From positions 4,096,001 through 4,160,000 of the forward strand of contig OZ241875.1 of the NCBI GenBank assembly GCA_965203325.1: a DNA stretch of 64,000 bases. Direction: 5' to 3'. This stretch comes from a bacterium (GTDB lineage Bacteria > UBA8248). Below the pieces are notes generated by a model. The model did not search any database. It saw nothing but the letters and a program-made list of their open reading frames with translations, and was not told the origin of the DNA. Shown here piece after piece: positions 42,121 to 54,722 of this stretch; within the stretch, counting starts at the first letter, position 1, and each line of letters starts with the position of its first letter. The position numbers were made by a program, and so were the translations under genes.

Positions 42121-43914
42121 CTAGCGGCGAACGATGAGTTTCTCTCCGGGGTAAATTTTGGCCGAGGCGCTCAGCCGATTCCACGTGAGGAGAGATTTTG
42201 TTGAAATTCCGTATCGTTTGGCGATGAGCCAGATGTTCTCTCCCGGGCCGACGAGATGGTGCAATGGTCTATCCGGATTTTTTTTCTCGCTTTTTTCGAC
42301 CTTCGTAAGGCGTTTTGGGGAGGGGAGGTGAATTTTCATGCCGATGCGCAGGCGCTTTGGACTGAGGCCGGTATTGATGCGCATGAGTTCCTGGGTGGAG
42401 ATGCCGTATTTCCGCGCGATCAACCAGAAATTTTCACCTCGTCGTACGACATGCAACTTCGGCGTGGGAGTGTTCCCATTTGCCGATGCGGCGTTTTGTA
42501 GAGGCGCCTTTATTTTTTTGGGTGATTGGGGAAGGAGAATTTTGGCGCCCACTTGAAGTTTTCTGGGATGGAGATGGGTGTTCATCTCGAGCAGCCTGTT
42601 TAGCGGGACTCCGAGTCTTTGTGCGATGGCGCCGAAAGTATCGCCCGGCTGTATGCGGTAACCGTTCGGAGAAGCGAGATATTTCTCGGTCAGTTTCGCG
42701 AATTTTGTGGCAAATCCTTTCGCCTTTTCATCTGGCAGAAAAAGATGGTATCCATTGCCTGGGGGCGTGACGGAGGTTCTCAACTCCGCATTGATTTCCC
42801 TCAAAGTACGCAGCGAGACGTTCGAAATACGGGAAATCGCTCTCAAGCTGGTACCATGCGAAAGTTTGACGGTTTTGAAGGCCCAGGGGTTCTCATAATC
42901 AATGCCCACGAATCCGAAAACTTCCGGGTTTTTGGCTATTATCATCCCTGCCAGGTACTTGGCGACGTAGTTGCGGGTTTCGTTGGGCAAGTATCTCGTT
43001 CTGGCCAGTGACCAGTAGTCTTTTCGCTTCGACCTGCGAATGGCCCTGGCGATGCGGCGTTCCCCCGCGTTGTATGCGGCGAGCGCGAGATGCCAGTCGC
43101 CGAAGTCCCCATAAAGTTTCGAAAGGTATGCCGCGGCCGCTCGGGTGGACTTCATCGGGTGGCGGCGCTCATCCAGGTAATAATTGATTTTCAGGCCCAT
43201 CCGCCTCGCTGTGCCAGGCATGAACTGCCAGGGACCGACCGCACCGGCTCTGGAGCGCGCCTTCGGGCTGAATCCGCTCTCGATCAGAGAGAGATACGCC
43301 AAGTCCTGCGGCAGTTGGTGATCCTTGAGAATTTCTCGGAACAATTTGATATAGCGTCCCCCCCTGCCCAACCAGACGGAAAAACTGGCGCGTCCAGGAC
43401 CCGTGAAGTACGCAATCCACCTATCCACGATGGCGTTTCGGACGACGGGGACATCATACAAAAAAGCCTTGGGTTTCTTGGTTTCCGGCGTCAGGGGAGA
43501 CTTGAGGAATTCTTCGGTTTCAGGTACCGGCAGGCTGATGTCATGAGGAGAAGGTTCAGAGTCCTTGACCGTCTTTTCATCTCTTGATTCTTCAGTATCC
43601 GGTTGCTTGGCGACTTTATCGGCTTCGTTGTCTTTCGGTTGTATGGACGCCAGGACCTTTGGCGACTCTTTCTGAGCGGCTTCGGGTTGCTCGGGCGCGA
43701 TGCGTTTTGGAGAGAGGAAAGCCGTTTCTCGAGATGGGACAGAGATCCTTTCCGCGATGGAAACGGTGCCGGTCAATTTTTTCGAAGTATCAACGCTCGC
43801 CTGGATGGAGCCATCGCCCGGCAATTTCTTCGGCTGAATTTCATTCTGAGCGACGGGCGCTGTGCTGCAGCCTGCTGTGAAAACGCAGATCAGGAGAAAA
43901 CATCTTCGATTCAT
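42121..43914 (-). CDS. mltD: MltD-like lytic transglycosylase with 3 LysM domains (lipoprotein)
   Basis: Lipobox TAGC; IESGF, AGAVGPWQFMP, LAAYNAGE, ETRNYV; LysM repeats. Confidence 0.85.
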   Translation of the reverse strand: MNRRCFLLICVFTAGCSTAPVAQNEIQPKKLPGDGSIQASVDTSKKLTGTVSIAERISVPSRETAFLSPKRIAPEQPEAAQKESPKVLASIQPKDNEADKVAKQPDTEESRDEKTVKDSEPSPHDISLPVPETEEFLKSPLTPETKKPKAFLYDVPVVRNAIVDRWIAYFTGPGRASFSVWLGRGGRYIKLFREILKDHQLPQDLAYLSLIESGFSPKARSRAGAVGPWQFMPGTARRMGLKINYYLDERRHPMKSTRAAAAYLSKLYGDFGDWHLALAAYNAGERRIARAIRRSKRKDYWSLARTRYLPNETRNYVAKYLAGMIIAKNPEVFGFVGIDYENPWAFKTVKLSHGTSLRAISRISNVSLRTLREINAELRTSVTPPGNGYHLFLPDEKAKGFATKFAKLTEKYLASPNGYRIQPGDTFGAIAQRLGVPLNRLLEMNTHLHPRKLQVGAKILLPQSPKKIKAPLQNAASANGNTPTPKLHVVRRGENFWLIARKYGISTQELMRINTGLSPKRLRIGMKIHLPSPKRLTKVEKSEKKNPDRPLHHLVGPGENIWLIAKRYGISTKSLLTWNRLSASAKIYPGEKLIVRR

Positions 43915-44024
43915 GGGCAAGATACCTTCTCCCCGATTTTGGGTGTTCTCTCATGACGTTCAGGAGTGGCGGAGCTACCACCGCCAAATAGGATAACAAT
44001 CACCGATAAGCTTGGTCAAATTCA

Positions 44025-45473
44025 TTACGCGCGGTGCTCCGAGGTGCGCGAATCCAGGAAAAGAGAGAGCTGATAGTCGCTTTCCTCGACCGGGATCGGG
44101 TAATTTCCCGAAAAACAAGCCGTGCAAAACGTATCTTCATTCGGGTGAACGCAGCGAAGCAGGCCCTCCAGGGATAAATAACGGAGGCTATCCGCCCCCA
44201 GGAACTGCCGGATTTCCTCCACGCTGTTCGAAGACGCCTTCAGTTCCGCGAGGGTAGGCATGTCGATGCCGAAGAAACACGGATGGGTGATGGGGGGAGA
44301 ACTGATGCGCATGTGAACTTCTTTTGCGCCTGCTCGCCGAATGAGTTCGACGATTTTTTGGCTCGTCGTGCCCCTGACGAGGGAATCATCGACCACGACG
44401 ACCCGCTTGTCCGCCAGAAACTCTTTCATTGGGTTTAATTTGAGTTTGACGCCGAAATTTCGTATGGATTGTTCCGGCTCGATAAACGTACGGCCCACGT
44501 AGTGATTGCGAATCAGGCCCCATTCAAAAGGTAAGCCCGATGCGTCTGCGTATCCGAGCGCGGCGGATAGGCCCGAATCCGGAACGGGCGTGACGATATC
44601 CGCCTCCACATTGTCTTCCTCGGCGAGCCTAGCGCCTAGTTTTCGCCTGATGCCATAAGCGTTCTTCCCGAAAATGAAGCTGTCTGGACGGGCGAAATAG
44701 ATGAACTCGAAAATACATTGCCGATGTTCAACAGACGCAGAGTGAGAAATGCTCCTTAAGCCGTTTTCGTCGATAATGACCATCTCTCCGGGTTCAATTT
44801 CGCGGATATATTCGGCGTCAATCAAATCAAGTGCGCACGTTTCGCTCGCGAGAACCCAAGAATCGCCTCCGCTTTGTCCAGTGGGGAGTTTGCCCAATGC
44901 CAGAGGGCGGAAGCCAAGAGGGTCACGGACGCCAATCAACTTATCCTCGGTCATCATCGTGAGCGTATAGGCGCCCTCCAATCGTTGAAGGGCTTCGATG
45001 ATGGCTCCCTCGGTGGTTTTCTCCGCGGAGCGCGCGATGAGATGCAGGATGACCTCGCTGTCCGTCGTGCTGCGGAATATGGAGCCATGCGCTTCGAGTT
45101 CCTCGCGCAGGGCGCCACCGTTGACGAGGTTTCCGTTGTGGCCGAGGGCGAGTGTTCCTTTGGCGTAGTTCACCAGGAACGGTTGGGCGTTCTTGATGTC
45201 GGATTGCCCTGCGGTGGAATAGCGGTTGTGTCCGATGGCGATGCGACCTTGAAGCTTGGCGATGCGCTCTTCCGTGAAAACATCGGCCACGAGACCCATG
45301 CCGACTTCGCTGTGCACCTTCTCCCCGTTGGAGGCAACGATGCCCGCACTCTCCTGTCCTCTGTGTTGAAGTGCGTAGAGTCCCAGATAGGCCATATTGG
45401 CCGCCTCTGGGTGACCGTAGATCCCAAAAACCCCGCATTCTTCTTTCGGATGGTCATCTATCCAGACAGACAT
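44025..45473 (-). CDS. purF: Amidophosphoribosyltransferase
   Basis: [38 protein letters not shown]. Confidence 0.97.
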   Translation of the reverse strand: MSVWIDDHPKEECGVFGIYGHPEAANMAYLGLYALQHRGQESAGIVASNGEKVHSEVGMGLVADVFTEERIAKLQGRIAIGHNRYSTAGQSDIKNAQPFLVNYAKGTLALGHNGNLVNGGALREELEAHGSIFRSTTDSEVILHLIARSAEKTTEGAIIEALQRLEGAYTLTMMTEDKLIGVRDPLGFRPLALGKLPTGQSGGDSWVLASETCALDLIDAEYIREIEPGEMVIIDENGLRSISHSASVEHRQCIFEFIYFARPDSFIFGKNAYGIRRKLGARLAEEDNVEADIVTPVPDSGLSAALGYADASGLPFEWGLIRNHYVGRTFIEPEQSIRNFGVKLKLNPMKEFLADKRVVVVDDSLVRGTTSQKIVELIRRAGAKEVHMRISSPPITHPCFFGIDMPTLAELKASSNSVEEIRQFLGADSLRYLSLEGLLRCVHPNEDTFCTACFSGNYPIPVEESDYQLSLFLDSRTSEHRA

Positions 45474-45474
45474 C

Positions 45475-47712
45475 TCACAACACCTCGGAGAGGGCGTCCG
45501 ACCATGCCGCCACGATATTCGGCATAGCCAAATCTATCAAGGGAACATTATCGGGGGTTTTTACGACGAAAGCATCCTCCTGAACGCGGCCGATGCGCGT
45601 TAGTTCCGCACCACAGCTTTGTACGACCTCTTGCAATGTGTTCACCGACCGGGGAGATACGCTCACCAGAATACGCGATGCGGCTTCACCATATAACAAA
45701 CCGTCGACCCTGCCCTCCTGCTCGGGTAGCCACACTTCGACCCCAAGCCCGCTTTTCAGCGATGCGAGTGCAGATTCGGCCAAAGCGATTCCCAATCCGC
45801 CTTCGGAAAGGTCATGAGCGGAGCAGACGAGATCCATTTCGATGCTCCGCCTGCAAGCCGCCTGTACGGCTTTTTCCGCATCCAGCGATATCACCGGTGC
45901 GTCGCCTCCTTCCAGTCCCGTTTCCATCCACACGTACTCATGAGCACATGCTTGCGGCAATGGCGCTTCGTCTTTGGGATGAATCAGGGCGATGACGTCA
46001 CCCTGCGAGGCGAATCCATGGCCCGCTCTTTTGTGGGTGTCATCGAGCAGGCCCACCATACCGATTATCGGGGTGGGGTAGATATCCACCTGATGCGTTT
46101 CGTTGTAAAAGCTCACGTTCCCGCTCACCACGGGCAAGCCCAGAGAACGGCACGCTTGCGCCATACCCTCAATCGAGGAAGTAAATTGGGCCATAACGGC
46201 GGGACGCTCGGGATTGCCGAAGTTGAGGCAGTTGGTGATCGCAAGCGGTCTTGCTCCCACGCAACAGATGTTTCGCGCTGCTTCCGCCACGGCGAGCATC
46301 CCCCCCTTGTAGGGATCGAGCATACCGTATCGTGCGTTCCCATCCGTTGTGAGGGCCAGCGCCTTGTTGGTGCCTTTTAGACGGATGATGGCGGCGTCTC
46401 CGCCCGGAAGAGTCACCGTGTTCGTGCGAACTTTGTAGTCATATTGACGCCATATCGGTTTTTTGTTCCCGTGGTTGGGATGGGCCAGCATCTTGAGCAG
46501 AGTGGCTCCTAAATCTTCAGGCTCCGGCAGTTTGTATAGAGGATCGTCCAGCGGGAGCCCGCGCTCGGGTTCTCTTGGGCGGTCATAAGTCGGCGCATCA
46601 TCCGTCAAGGAAGATACGGGCAGTTCAGCGACTTCATCTCCTGAAAAACTGGCACGAAGCCTCCCGTCTCCGGTTACTTCTCCCACGATGGACATCGGCA
46701 GGTCCCACCGCTCGAATATCTCCCGCACCTCGGATTCTCTTCCTTTTTCCGCTACCAGCAACATCCTCTCCTGGCTTTCCGAGAGCATCATCTCGTAGGG
46801 CGTCATCCCCTCTTCCCGGCAGGGAACTGCGTCCAGGCGAAGCAGAAGGCCCGTGCCGGCGCGGCCCGCCATTTCGACGGAAGAGGAGGTGAGGCCGGCG
46901 GCACCCATATCTTGAATGCCGACGACGGCGCCGCGCTCCATCAGTTCCAGGCACGCCTCGAGCAAGAGTTTTTCCCGGAACGGATCCCCCACCTGAACGG
47001 TGGGTCTTTTTGCAAGGGCGGAATCATCAAACCCTGCCGACGCCATGGACGCGCCGTGAATGCCGTCTCGCCCGGTGGGCGCGCCGACATAAATGACCGG
47101 GTTTCCAATGCCCGAGGCCGTACCCCGGAATATAGCGTCTGAGCGCATAATGCCAGCGCACATGACGTTTACCAGAATGTTCCCGTTGTAGCAGGGATGG
47201 AATTTCGTTTCTCCGCCCACCGTGGGAACGCCGACGCAATTTCCATAGCCCGCGATGCCGCCTACGACGCCACCGACGAGATAGGGGGTGCGGGGATGTT
47301 CCGGCGCTCCGAAACGCAGGCTGTCGAGCAGCGCGATGGGCCGCGCGCCCATCGTGAAGATGTCTCTCAAAATGCCGCCCACACCGGTGGCCGCACCCTG
47401 GTAGGGCTCGATGAAAGAGGGATGGTTGTGGCTCTCCATCTTGAAGGCGACGGCCATGCCATCGCCCAAGTCGACGACGCCCGCGTTTTCTCCGGGCCCT
47501 TGCAGGACGTGGGGGCCTTGTGTGGGAAATTTTTTCAGGTGGATGCGGCTGCTCTTGTACGAGCAGTGTTCGTTCCACATAGCGGAGAATACACCGAGTT
47601 CCGTGATGTTGGGTTTTCGCCCCAGGGTTTCCTTTATTTTCTCCCATTCGGCTGAAGAAAGGCCGTGCTCGAGAGCCATCTCCCGTGTGGCGTGCGTGTC
47701 TGTTGCGATCAC
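45475..47712 (-). CDS. purL: Phosphoribosylformylglycinamidine synthase subunit PurL
   Basis: [45 protein letters not shown] start overlaps the purQ stop (GTGA). Confidence 0.96.
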   Translation of the reverse strand: MIATDTHATREMALEHGLSSAEWEKIKETLGRKPNITELGVFSAMWNEHCSYKSSRIHLKKFPTQGPHVLQGPGENAGVVDLGDGMAVAFKMESHNHPSFIEPYQGAATGVGGILRDIFTMGARPIALLDSLRFGAPEHPRTPYLVGGVVGGIAGYGNCVGVPTVGGETKFHPCYNGNILVNVMCAGIMRSDAIFRGTASGIGNPVIYVGAPTGRDGIHGASMASAGFDDSALAKRPTVQVGDPFREKLLLEACLELMERGAVVGIQDMGAAGLTSSSVEMAGRAGTGLLLRLDAVPCREEGMTPYEMMLSESQERMLLVAEKGRESEVREIFERWDLPMSIVGEVTGDGRLRASFSGDEVAELPVSSLTDDAPTYDRPREPERGLPLDDPLYKLPEPEDLGATLLKMLAHPNHGNKKPIWRQYDYKVRTNTVTLPGGDAAIIRLKGTNKALALTTDGNARYGMLDPYKGGMLAVAEAARNICCVGARPLAITNCLNFGNPERPAVMAQFTSSIEGMAQACRSLGLPVVSGNVSFYNETHQVDIYPTPIIGMVGLLDDTHKRAGHGFASQGDVIALIHPKDEAPLPQACAHEYVWMETGLEGGDAPVISLDAEKAVQAACRRSIEMDLVCSAHDLSEGGLGIALAESALASLKSGLGVEVWLPEQEGRVDGLLYGEAASRILVSVSPRSVNTLQEVVQSCGAELTRIGRVQEDAFVVKTPDNVPLIDLAMPNIVAAWSDALSEVL

Positions 47713-48410
47713 GTTGAAGCCACCATCCGCAGCACGGACATAAACATCTGCAACCCGTCCTCGCCGCCCAGCAGGGGATCGCAACTTCGCTCGGGATGCG
47801 GCATGAGGCCCACCACGTTACCTTGCTGGTTGCATATGCCCGCGATGTTATCCATCGAACCGTTGGGATTCGCTTGCGCGTTCACGCCACCCTCCGCGTC
47901 GACGTAGCGGAAAACAATCTGATCGTTATCTTCGAGTGCGGCGAGCGTCTCGGGATCACAAAAGTAATTTCCCTCGCCGTGCGCGATGGTCATTTTGAGG
48001 ATTTCGTCCGGTTCGATGCCGCCGGTGAAGGGCGTTCTCGACGTTTCGCATTTGAGCCAGACTTCCTCACAAACGAAGCGAAGCGACTCGTTTCGCCTCA
48101 AGGCCCCGGGCAGGAGGCCCGATTCGGTCAGGCACTGGAAGCCGTTGCATATGCCGAGCAGGGGACGTCCCTCACGTGCATGCGTGGTAACGGCCTTCAT
48201 GATGGGCGAGAAGCGCGATATGGCGCCGGCTCTTAGGTAATCCCCGTAGCTGAAGCCTCCTGGAAGTATCACCACTTCCGCGTCTCCCAAAGAGGTCTCC
48301 TTGTGCCAGACGAATCTCACCGGCTGTTTTAGAACATCCTTGATGGCGTGGTAGCAGTCGTGATCGCAATTGGAGCCGGGGAAGACGATGACGGCGAATT
48401 GCATTCTCAT
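47709..48410 (-). CDS. purQ: FGAM synthase glutaminase subunit
   Basis: [41 protein letters not shown]. Confidence 0.96.
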   Translation of the reverse strand: MRMQFAVIVFPGSNCDHDCYHAIKDVLKQPVRFVWHKETSLGDAEVVILPGGFSYGDYLRAGAISRFSPIMKAVTTHAREGRPLLGICNGFQCLTESGLLPGALRRNESLRFVCEEVWLKCETSRTPFTGGIEPDEILKMTIAHGEGNYFCDPETLAALEDNDQIVFRYVDAEGGVNAQANPNGSMDNIAGICNQQGNVVGLMPHPERSCDPLLGGEDGLQMFMSVLRMVAST

Positions 48411-48667
48411 CTCCCGCCGTTGGTGGATTCATCCGCCATTTCGATGCGGTAGTCTTCGATGACGGGGTTGGCGAGCAGGTCGCGGCACATTTTGTCCAGA
48501 TCGGCATGAACGTCTTCGGCGTCTTCGAGTTCTATCTCGATAAATTTCCCCACGCGCACGTCGTTCACGCCCTTGAATCCAAGGGAGGAGAGTGCTCCCC
48601 GGACGGCTTCCCCCTGGGGATCGAGCACGCCCGCTTTGAATGTCACGTAGACTTGGGCTTTCGGCAT
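48407..48667 (-). CDS. purS: FGAM synthase subunit PurS
   Basis: [19 protein letters not shown]. Confidence 0.95.
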   Translation of the reverse strand: MPKAQVYVTFKAGVLDPQGEAVRGALSSLGFKGVNDVRVGKFIEIELEDAEDVHADLDKMCRDLLANPVIEDYRIEMADESTNGGR

Positions 48668-48685
48668 TGCCACCTCAAGGCGAAG

Positions 48686-49399
48686 TTAATCTATGACGAG
48701 TTTTTCGACTTCGGCGTATGCGTCTTCCACCTGTCCCAAATCCCTGCGGAAGCGATCTTTATCCAGTTTGCGACCCGTGCCCTTCTCCCAGAGACGGCAA
48801 CCATCCGGCGTGATTTCATCGCCCAGAAGCAGCTTGCCGCCCTCGGCCGCGCAGCGCCCGAACTCGAGTTTGAAATCCACGAGGTCGATGTTGCGCTCGG
48901 AGAAGAACGCGGTGAGGATATCGTTCACTTTGAAGGCGTATTCGCGCATCTGAGCGAGTTCTTCGCGCGTCGCCAGGTCGAAGGCCACGGCGGTGTCTTC
49001 GTTGATGAGCGGGTCGTCGAGTTCATCGTTTTTCAAATGCAGATCGACGATCGTGTTTGGAAGGCGCGCGCCTTCTTCCACGCCCATTCTCTTGGCCAGG
49101 CTTCCCGCGATGATGTTTCTCAGCACTACCTCGACCAGAATGATGTCGAGTTTTTTCACCAACATCTCCCGATCGGAGAGTTTTTCCACGAAATGTGTGG
49201 GCACGCCCTGACGCTCCACCTCCTGGAGCAGACGAGAGGAAATGGAGTTGTTGAAAACGCCTTTGGCTTCGATGGTGCCCAGTTTCTTGGCGTTAAAGGC
49301 GGAAGCATCGTCTTTAAAGAACTGGATATAGTAGTCGGGGTTGTCGGTCTCGTAGATGATCTTGGCCTTGCCTTCGTAAACCTGTCTGTCGCGTTCCAT
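48686..49399 (-). CDS. purC: SAICAR synthetase
   Basis: YEGKAK, FKDDASAFN, LVDFKLEFG, DEITPDGCRLW, DKDRFR. Confidence 0.96.
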   Translation of the reverse strand: MERDRQVYEGKAKIIYETDNPDYYIQFFKDDASAFNAKKLGTIEAKGVFNNSISSRLLQEVERQGVPTHFVEKLSDREMLVKKLDIILVEVVLRNIIAGSLAKRMGVEEGARLPNTIVDLHLKNDELDDPLINEDTAVAFDLATREELAQMREYAFKVNDILTAFFSERNIDLVDFKLEFGRCAAEGGKLLLGDEITPDGCRLWEKGTGRKLDKDRFRRDLGQVEDAYAEVEKLVID

Positions 49400-49552
49400 G
49401 AACAATTCTCCATGCGAGGATCGCTGAATTCGAACCTTCGTCTCAGGGGTTAATCCATCATTTTAACGGGTTAGAAAACGACCATGCCGGGCGTTCAGGA
49501 CTTGCCATCCTAACATAACCGAGCCGGTGTTTGTCACCCCGTATATTCAGTT

Positions 49553-50860
49553 TCATTCCTCGTCGGGACCGAAGACGCGCTCGAAAATCCGGTCCAGGTT
49601 TTTCAGATGTGCGTCCATATTGAAGCAATGAGCGAGTTCCTCTTCACCCAACACGCCGCCCACTTGTGGGTCCGCCGTCAGTTTCGCCTGGAAATCGCCT
49701 CCCTCGGCCCATATTTCCATGGCGGGAGCCTGAACCCGCGCGTACGCTTCTTCTCTCGTGATGCCCGTTTTGCGAATCAGGGCGAGCATGACGTGTTCAC
49801 TGAGGAGCAATCCCTTCGAGCGCGCGAGGTTTTCCAGCATCTTGTCGGGATAGATCACCCAGTTCTTCATCAAGTCGTTGAGTTTGGCCAGCATGTAATC
49901 CACGAGAATTGTGCTGTCCGGCAATATGACGCGTTCCACGGATGAGTGGGATATGTCGCGTTCATGCCAAAGAGGAACATTCTGCAGGGCCGCCGTGGCG
50001 TTCCCCTGCACCACGCGGGCAAGGCCGCACAACTGCTCCGAAACCACGGGGTTTCTCTTGTGGGGCATGGCGGAACTCCCTTTCTGGCCTTTGCTGAAGA
50101 ACTCTTCCGCTTCGCCCACTTCGTTCCTTTGCAGGTGGCGCACCTCCGTCGCCACGCGGGAGATACTCGCCGCCACGAGAGCGAGAGTCAGGTGAAACTC
50201 CGCATGGCGGTCGCGCTGGATGATTTGGCTGCTCACGCGGTCCACTTTGAGGCCCAGGCGCTCGCAAATGGCCTCTTCGGCATCCGGCGGGATGTGGGGA
50301 CACGCGCCTACGGCTCCTGATATCTGGCCGACGCGAACGGTTTCACGCGCGCTTTGCATTCGCTCATAAGCGCGCTCGAACTCGGTGTACCAAGTGGCTA
50401 TTTTGAGACCCAAGGTTGTGGGCTCGGCGTGCATCCCGTGGGTTCTGCCCGAAATGATGGTGCGCTTTTGCTCCAGAGCGCGTTCTTTCAGGGTCTTTTT
50501 CAGTTCCTGAATATCATCGAGGATGATGTCGGCCGCCGATATGAGCTGAAGCGCAAGACCGGTATCCAGGACGTCGCTGCTTGTCATGCCGAGGTGAATG
50601 TAGCGCGAGGATGGTCCTACATGCTCCGCCACGTTCGTGAGAAAGGCAATGACATCGTGCTTGGTTACGCGCTCAATTTCCTTGATTCGTTCCAGTTCGA
50701 AAGCCGCTTTTGATTTAATCTCATCCAGCGCCTCCGCCGGAATTTCGCCGCGCGTGCACATTTCCTCGCAAACGGCTATCTCCACGTCGAGCATGCGCTG
50801 CAGTTTTTCCCGTTCTTCCCATATTTTCGCCATTTCGGGGCGGGTGTATCGCGGAATCAA
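49553..50860 (-). CDS. purB: Adenylosuccinate lyase (TTG start)
   Basis: IPRY, HDVIAF, HLGMTSSD, GRTHG, GSSAMPHKRNP, HERDISHSS. Confidence 0.96.
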   Translation of the reverse strand: MIPRYTRPEMAKIWEEREKLQRMLDVEIAVCEEMCTRGEIPAEALDEIKSKAAFELERIKEIERVTKHDVIAFLTNVAEHVGPSSRYIHLGMTSSDVLDTGLALQLISAADIILDDIQELKKTLKERALEQKRTIISGRTHGMHAEPTTLGLKIATWYTEFERAYERMQSARETVRVGQISGAVGACPHIPPDAEEAICERLGLKVDRVSSQIIQRDRHAEFHLTLALVAASISRVATEVRHLQRNEVGEAEEFFSKGQKGSSAMPHKRNPVVSEQLCGLARVVQGNATAALQNVPLWHERDISHSSVERVILPDSTILVDYMLAKLNDLMKNWVIYPDKMLENLARSKGLLLSEHVMLALIRKTGITREEAYARVQAPAMEIWAEGGDFQAKLTADPQVGGVLGEEELAHCFNMDAHLKNLDRIFERVFGPDEE

Positions 50861-51651
50861 GGAAGACCCTCCGTTATTCCTCCGGCGCCCACGAGGGGAG
50901 TCGGCTCATCCTGAGAAGCGCTCAGGAGATTTTTCCGTTCGTGGCCGTTCAACGCTTTTCGGGCCGTTTCCAAGATAAGCTGGTTCTCGTTGTTCTCTTG
51001 GGAGATATGAGCGCAGATGAGCCACTCGAAGTCGGCCGTTACGATGTTCCTAAGCAGCTTGGCTGCGTCCTCGTTGCTGAGATGTCCGAGTTTGCCTCGA
51101 ATCCTTTGTTTGATCGGCCAAGGGTAGGGGCCGTTAATGAGCATTTCCACGTCATGATTGAATTCCAGGACGAGTCCCTGAAGCCCTTGGAGCCGCTGGC
51201 GCGCCAGATTCGTGACGAATCCCATGTCGGTGGCGAAACCGACGCGGTGCCCGTCTTCATCGTTGAATATCAACCCGAAGGGATCGGCCGCGTCATGGGG
51301 CGTGCTGAAAGGTTCGACCCGTACGCCGCCGATGTAAAAGGGGAGTCCCACTTCGATTTCCGTCCACGCAGGCGTCTCGCCTATCGTCTCCTGGCTCGCT
51401 GTGTAGGTAGCTTTGTTCGTCCAAAGGGGCAGATTCCACCTTCTCGCCAAAGTGCCGGCGCTTCTGATGTGATCGATATGTTCATGCGTGAGCACGACCG
51501 CCATCAGATCCTGTGGGTGGACGCCGTAGGTTTCCAGGCGCTTTGTGATTTGCCGTGCGCTGAGGCCCGAATCGACGAGAAACGCCGTACCGTTTGAGCG
51601 TACCAAAGCGGCGTTTCCCCGACTCCCGCTGCCTAGGATTCCAATTTCCAC
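50857..51651 (-). CDS. Metallo-beta-lactamase-fold hydrolase (YycJ/WalJ-like)
   Basis: LGSGSRGN, THEHIDH, PHDA, TDMG, EFNHD, GHLSN. Confidence 0.9.
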   Translation of the reverse strand: MEIGILGSGSRGNAALVRSNGTAFLVDSGLSARQITKRLETYGVHPQDLMAVVLTHEHIDHIRSAGTLARRWNLPLWTNKATYTASQETIGETPAWTEIEVGLPFYIGGVRVEPFSTPHDAADPFGLIFNDEDGHRVGFATDMGFVTNLARQRLQGLQGLVLEFNHDVEMLINGPYPWPIKQRIRGKLGHLSNEDAAKLLRNIVTADFEWLICAHISQENNENQLILETARKALNGHERKNLLSASQDEPTPLVGAGGITEGLP

Positions 51652-51677
51652 GTCTCTCGTCCCGTCGTTATTTCCAC

Positions 51678-52283
51678 TCAGCGATTAAAAGCGATTTTCC
51701 GCTTTTGCGAGTCCCTGGTGAAAACCTCATCAATGCGGTGGCAAATATAATGAAGGGCGGCTTCATGGGCTTCCTGTATAAAATCTGTGTCATTCGAGGG
51801 AACCTTCGCCGCATGTTTCGCGGCCTGATAGGCAGGGCCACCGCTCCCTCCGGTCATCGCGATACCAACTAATCCAAGGGCGTCGGCTCGTTCGAGGGCA
51901 GAGACGACATTGGCCGACTTGCCGCTCGTACTCAGACCCAGGGCGACGTCTCCCGCTCGCCCGTGCGCTTGGATTTGCCGCGCAAAAATTTCCTCGTACG
52001 CGTAGTCGTTCCCGATGGCGGTGAGGGCGCTCGTGTCGCCGCTGAGGCAGATAGCAGGCAGGGGAGCGCGCTCAGCCAGGAAGCGGCCTACGAGTTCGCC
52101 CGTGAAATGCATGGCGAGCGCGGTGCTCCCTCCGTTGCCGAAAGCGATGATTTTCCTTTCGGATATCAGGCATTCGACGATGACGCTGCATATGTCGTCT
52201 ACCTGCCGGGAGTAGTCGCTCACAGCAAGCGATTCATACTTCACGGCGCGTTCGGCCAGGAATTCCTTTGCCGATGATCCCAA
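51678..52283 (-). CDS. gmhA: Phosphoheptose isomerase (SIS domain)
   Basis: FGNGGS, GELVGRF..ER, TAIGNDY, STSGKS, IQEAH; start uncertain (52283 or 52334). Confidence 0.85.
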   Translation of the reverse strand: MGSSAKEFLAERAVKYESLAVSDYSRQVDDICSVIVECLISERKIIAFGNGGSTALAMHFTGELVGRFLAERAPLPAICLSGDTSALTAIGNDYAYEEIFARQIQAHGRAGDVALGLSTSGKSANVVSALERADALGLVGIAMTGGSGGPAYQAAKHAAKVPSNDTDFIQEAHEAALHYICHRIDEVFTRDSQKRKIAFNR

Positions 52284-52372
52284 AGGATGCCTCTGAGTAG
52301 TGGGGCGGTAGGGAAGGTGGAGCAGGGAATCCACCCGGTGCTCTGCAATCTAGCCGATCCATGGACTGAATT

Positions 52373-53335
52373 TCAAGGGTTGATGCTCAATCGTTTCCTG
52401 AAGTCATCTATTGTGGCCAGGAGACCCTTTTCCAGAGAAATTTCCGGCTCCCAACCGAGATGTTTTTTTGCTTTCCCGATGTCGGGTTGGCGGATTTTTG
52501 GATCATCAACGGGCAGCGGCTCATGCTGTATTATCGAGTCTGCGCCTGTAAGCGCAATGATTTTCTCGGCCAAGGCGAGGATCGTCATCTCGAAAGGATT
52601 CCCGAGGTTGAGAGGTTCATGAATTTCGCTGTCCATCAGCTTGATAAGGCCGTCGATGAGATCGGTGATGAAACAAAAACTTCTCGTCTGTTTTCCATCG
52701 CCAAAAACGCTGATGGGCTCATTTCTGATAGCCTGTGAAATAAAAGCGGGTATCGCGCGACCGTCGGCGATTTGCATTCTCGGACCATAGGTATTGAAAA
52801 TGCGGGCGATGTGTACGTTCAGGCCATGCGTCCGATGGTAGGCCATCGTCATGGCTTCTGAGAATCTCTTGGCTTCGTCATACACGCCACGCGGCCCAAT
52901 GGGGTTGACGTGTCCCCAGTATGCTTCGTGTTGCGGATGAATCTGGGGGTCGCCGTAGACTTCCGAGGTGGAAGCCAGAAGAAAGCGCGCTTTTTTCTCC
53001 TTCGCAAGCCCGAGGGCGTTATGCGTGCCGAGGGAGCCGACCTTTAGCGTCTGGATGGGAAATTTCAAATAATCATTCGGGCTTGCAGGGCTTGCGAGAT
53101 GGAAAACGGCGTCCACGTTTCCCTCGACGTGAATGTGTTCGCTCACGTTGTGTTTGATGAGCGTAAAATTTGGATGTTCGTTTTCCAGGAAATGTTTGAT
53201 GTTGAGATGGTGCCCGGTAAGAAAATTATCGACGCATATGACATCGTTGCCCAGCGCGATGAGTTTGTCGCACAAATGGGAGCCGATGAAGCCCGCTCCG
53301 CCCGTTACCACAACGCAAGAGTTTTTCATTGTCAA
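52373..53335 (-). CDS. UDP-glucuronate decarboxylase-like NAD-dependent epimerase/dehydratase
   Basis: [45 protein letters not shown]. Confidence 0.9.
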   Translation of the reverse strand: MTMKNSCVVVTGGAGFIGSHLCDKLIALGNDVICVDNFLTGHHLNIKHFLENEHPNFTLIKHNVSEHIHVEGNVDAVFHLASPASPNDYLKFPIQTLKVGSLGTHNALGLAKEKKARFLLASTSEVYGDPQIHPQHEAYWGHVNPIGPRGVYDEAKRFSEAMTMAYHRTHGLNVHIARIFNTYGPRMQIADGRAIPAFISQAIRNEPISVFGDGKQTRSFCFITDLIDGLIKLMDSEIHEPLNLGNPFEMTILALAEKIIALTGADSIIQHEPLPVDDPKIRQPDIGKAKKHLGWEPEISLEKGLLATIDDFRKRLSINP

Positions 53336-54657
53336 GGTTTGGGCGACGTTTTCCCGATGCTGAAGTATTCGAAGCCAGCATCTCTTACTTGTTCAGAAGA
53401 GTAGATGTTGCGGCCATCAAATATAATCGGTTCCATCATCTCTGATTTCAGGCGGTTCAGATTTAACTGAATAAATTCGCGCCACTCGGTGACAATCGTA
53501 ATCCCGCTTGCGCCTTTCGCGGCCTCGTAGGGGCTTTTGCAATATTCGATATCCTCATCTCCAATGATTCGTCTGGCGTTTGCGGTGGCGATAGGGTCGT
53601 ATGCGCGCAGCCGGGCACCCGCCTCGCGTAGCGCGTGACATATCTCGATGCTTTTTGCTTCCCGCATGTCATCCGTGTCCGGCTTGAACGATAACCCCAA
53701 AACGCCGATTGTCTTTCCCTTGAGCGGCAGTTGTTTCTTCGTACCGAGTCTTTCGATGATTCTTTGTACGAAACGAGGCACCCGGCTGTCGTTTTCCACT
53801 TTCACGGCCTCTAAAATCGACATTTCAGCGCCAAGTCTTCTGGAGGCGTGTAACAGGGCATCCACATCTTTAGGGAAACAGGAACCACCATAGCCCAAGC
53901 CTGCCCCCAGGAAAGCGTGGCCGATGCGGGAATCCGCGCCAACCCCTTTGATGACTTCTCGAATATCTGCTTGCGTCTCTTCACAAAGGTTCGCCACTGC
54001 GTTGATGAATGTTATTTTCGTCGCCAAAAATGCGTTCGAGGCGTATTTAATCAACTCCGCACTTTGCGTGTCCGTGATGATGCAAGGAGCGTTCAGAGCC
54101 TGGCATAGAAGCTGAACGGTTTTTGCCGCTTTCTCAGATGATGAGCCGATGACGATGCGATCCGGCTGGAGCGTGTCTCGCACCGCCTGCCCTTCGCGCA
54201 AAAACTCTGGATTGCAGACCACGTCGAAATCTGTTGAAGCGACGCCGTTTCTTTCGATGAGCTCCTGAACGAAATCCCCCGTGCCGACGGGCACGGTGCT
54301 TTTGTTTACGATGACCTTGTAGCTATTCACCGCGCGAGCGATGCCTATTGCCGCCGCTTCCACATGTGAAAGGTCGGTTCCACCATTTTCGGCAGGCGGC
54401 GTGCCCACACAGATGAAAATAATCTCACTTTTCGAAACAGCCTCATGTATGGAGGTGGTGAATGTTAGCCTACCTTCTTGTCGGTTGCGCTCCAGGAGTT
54501 CGGGTAGCCTGGGTTCATGAATTGGGCAGCCTCCCGTATTCAGGGTATCTACACGGTTTTTGTCGATATCCACGCCGATGACTTCGTTGCCCAAATCGGC
54601 GAATACGGCCCCTGTGACCAATCCGACATATCCACAACCGATAACGCAAATGTTCAC
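53332..54657 (-). CDS. ugd: UDP-glucose 6-dehydrogenase
   Basis: [51 protein letters not shown]. Confidence 0.93.
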   Translation of the reverse strand: MNICVIGCGYVGLVTGAVFADLGNEVIGVDIDKNRVDTLNTGGCPIHEPRLPELLERNRQEGRLTFTTSIHEAVSKSEIIFICVGTPPAENGGTDLSHVEAAAIGIARAVNSYKVIVNKSTVPVGTGDFVQELIERNGVASTDFDVVCNPEFLREGQAVRDTLQPDRIVIGSSSEKAAKTVQLLCQALNAPCIITDTQSAELIKYASNAFLATKITFINAVANLCEETQADIREVIKGVGADSRIGHAFLGAGLGYGGSCFPKDVDALLHASRRLGAEMSILEAVKVENDSRVPRFVQRIIERLGTKKQLPLKGKTIGVLGLSFKPDTDDMREAKSIEICHALREAGARLRAYDPIATANARRIIGDEDIEYCKSPYEAAKGASGITIVTEWREFIQLNLNRLKSEMMEPIIFDGRNIYSSEQVRDAGFEYFSIGKTSPKP

Positions 54658-54722
54658 TAAATTGCCTCACTCTGCATCATTTGAGCAGGTTGAGCAAAAT
54701 TTCAGAAAAAAGCCGTGCATTA

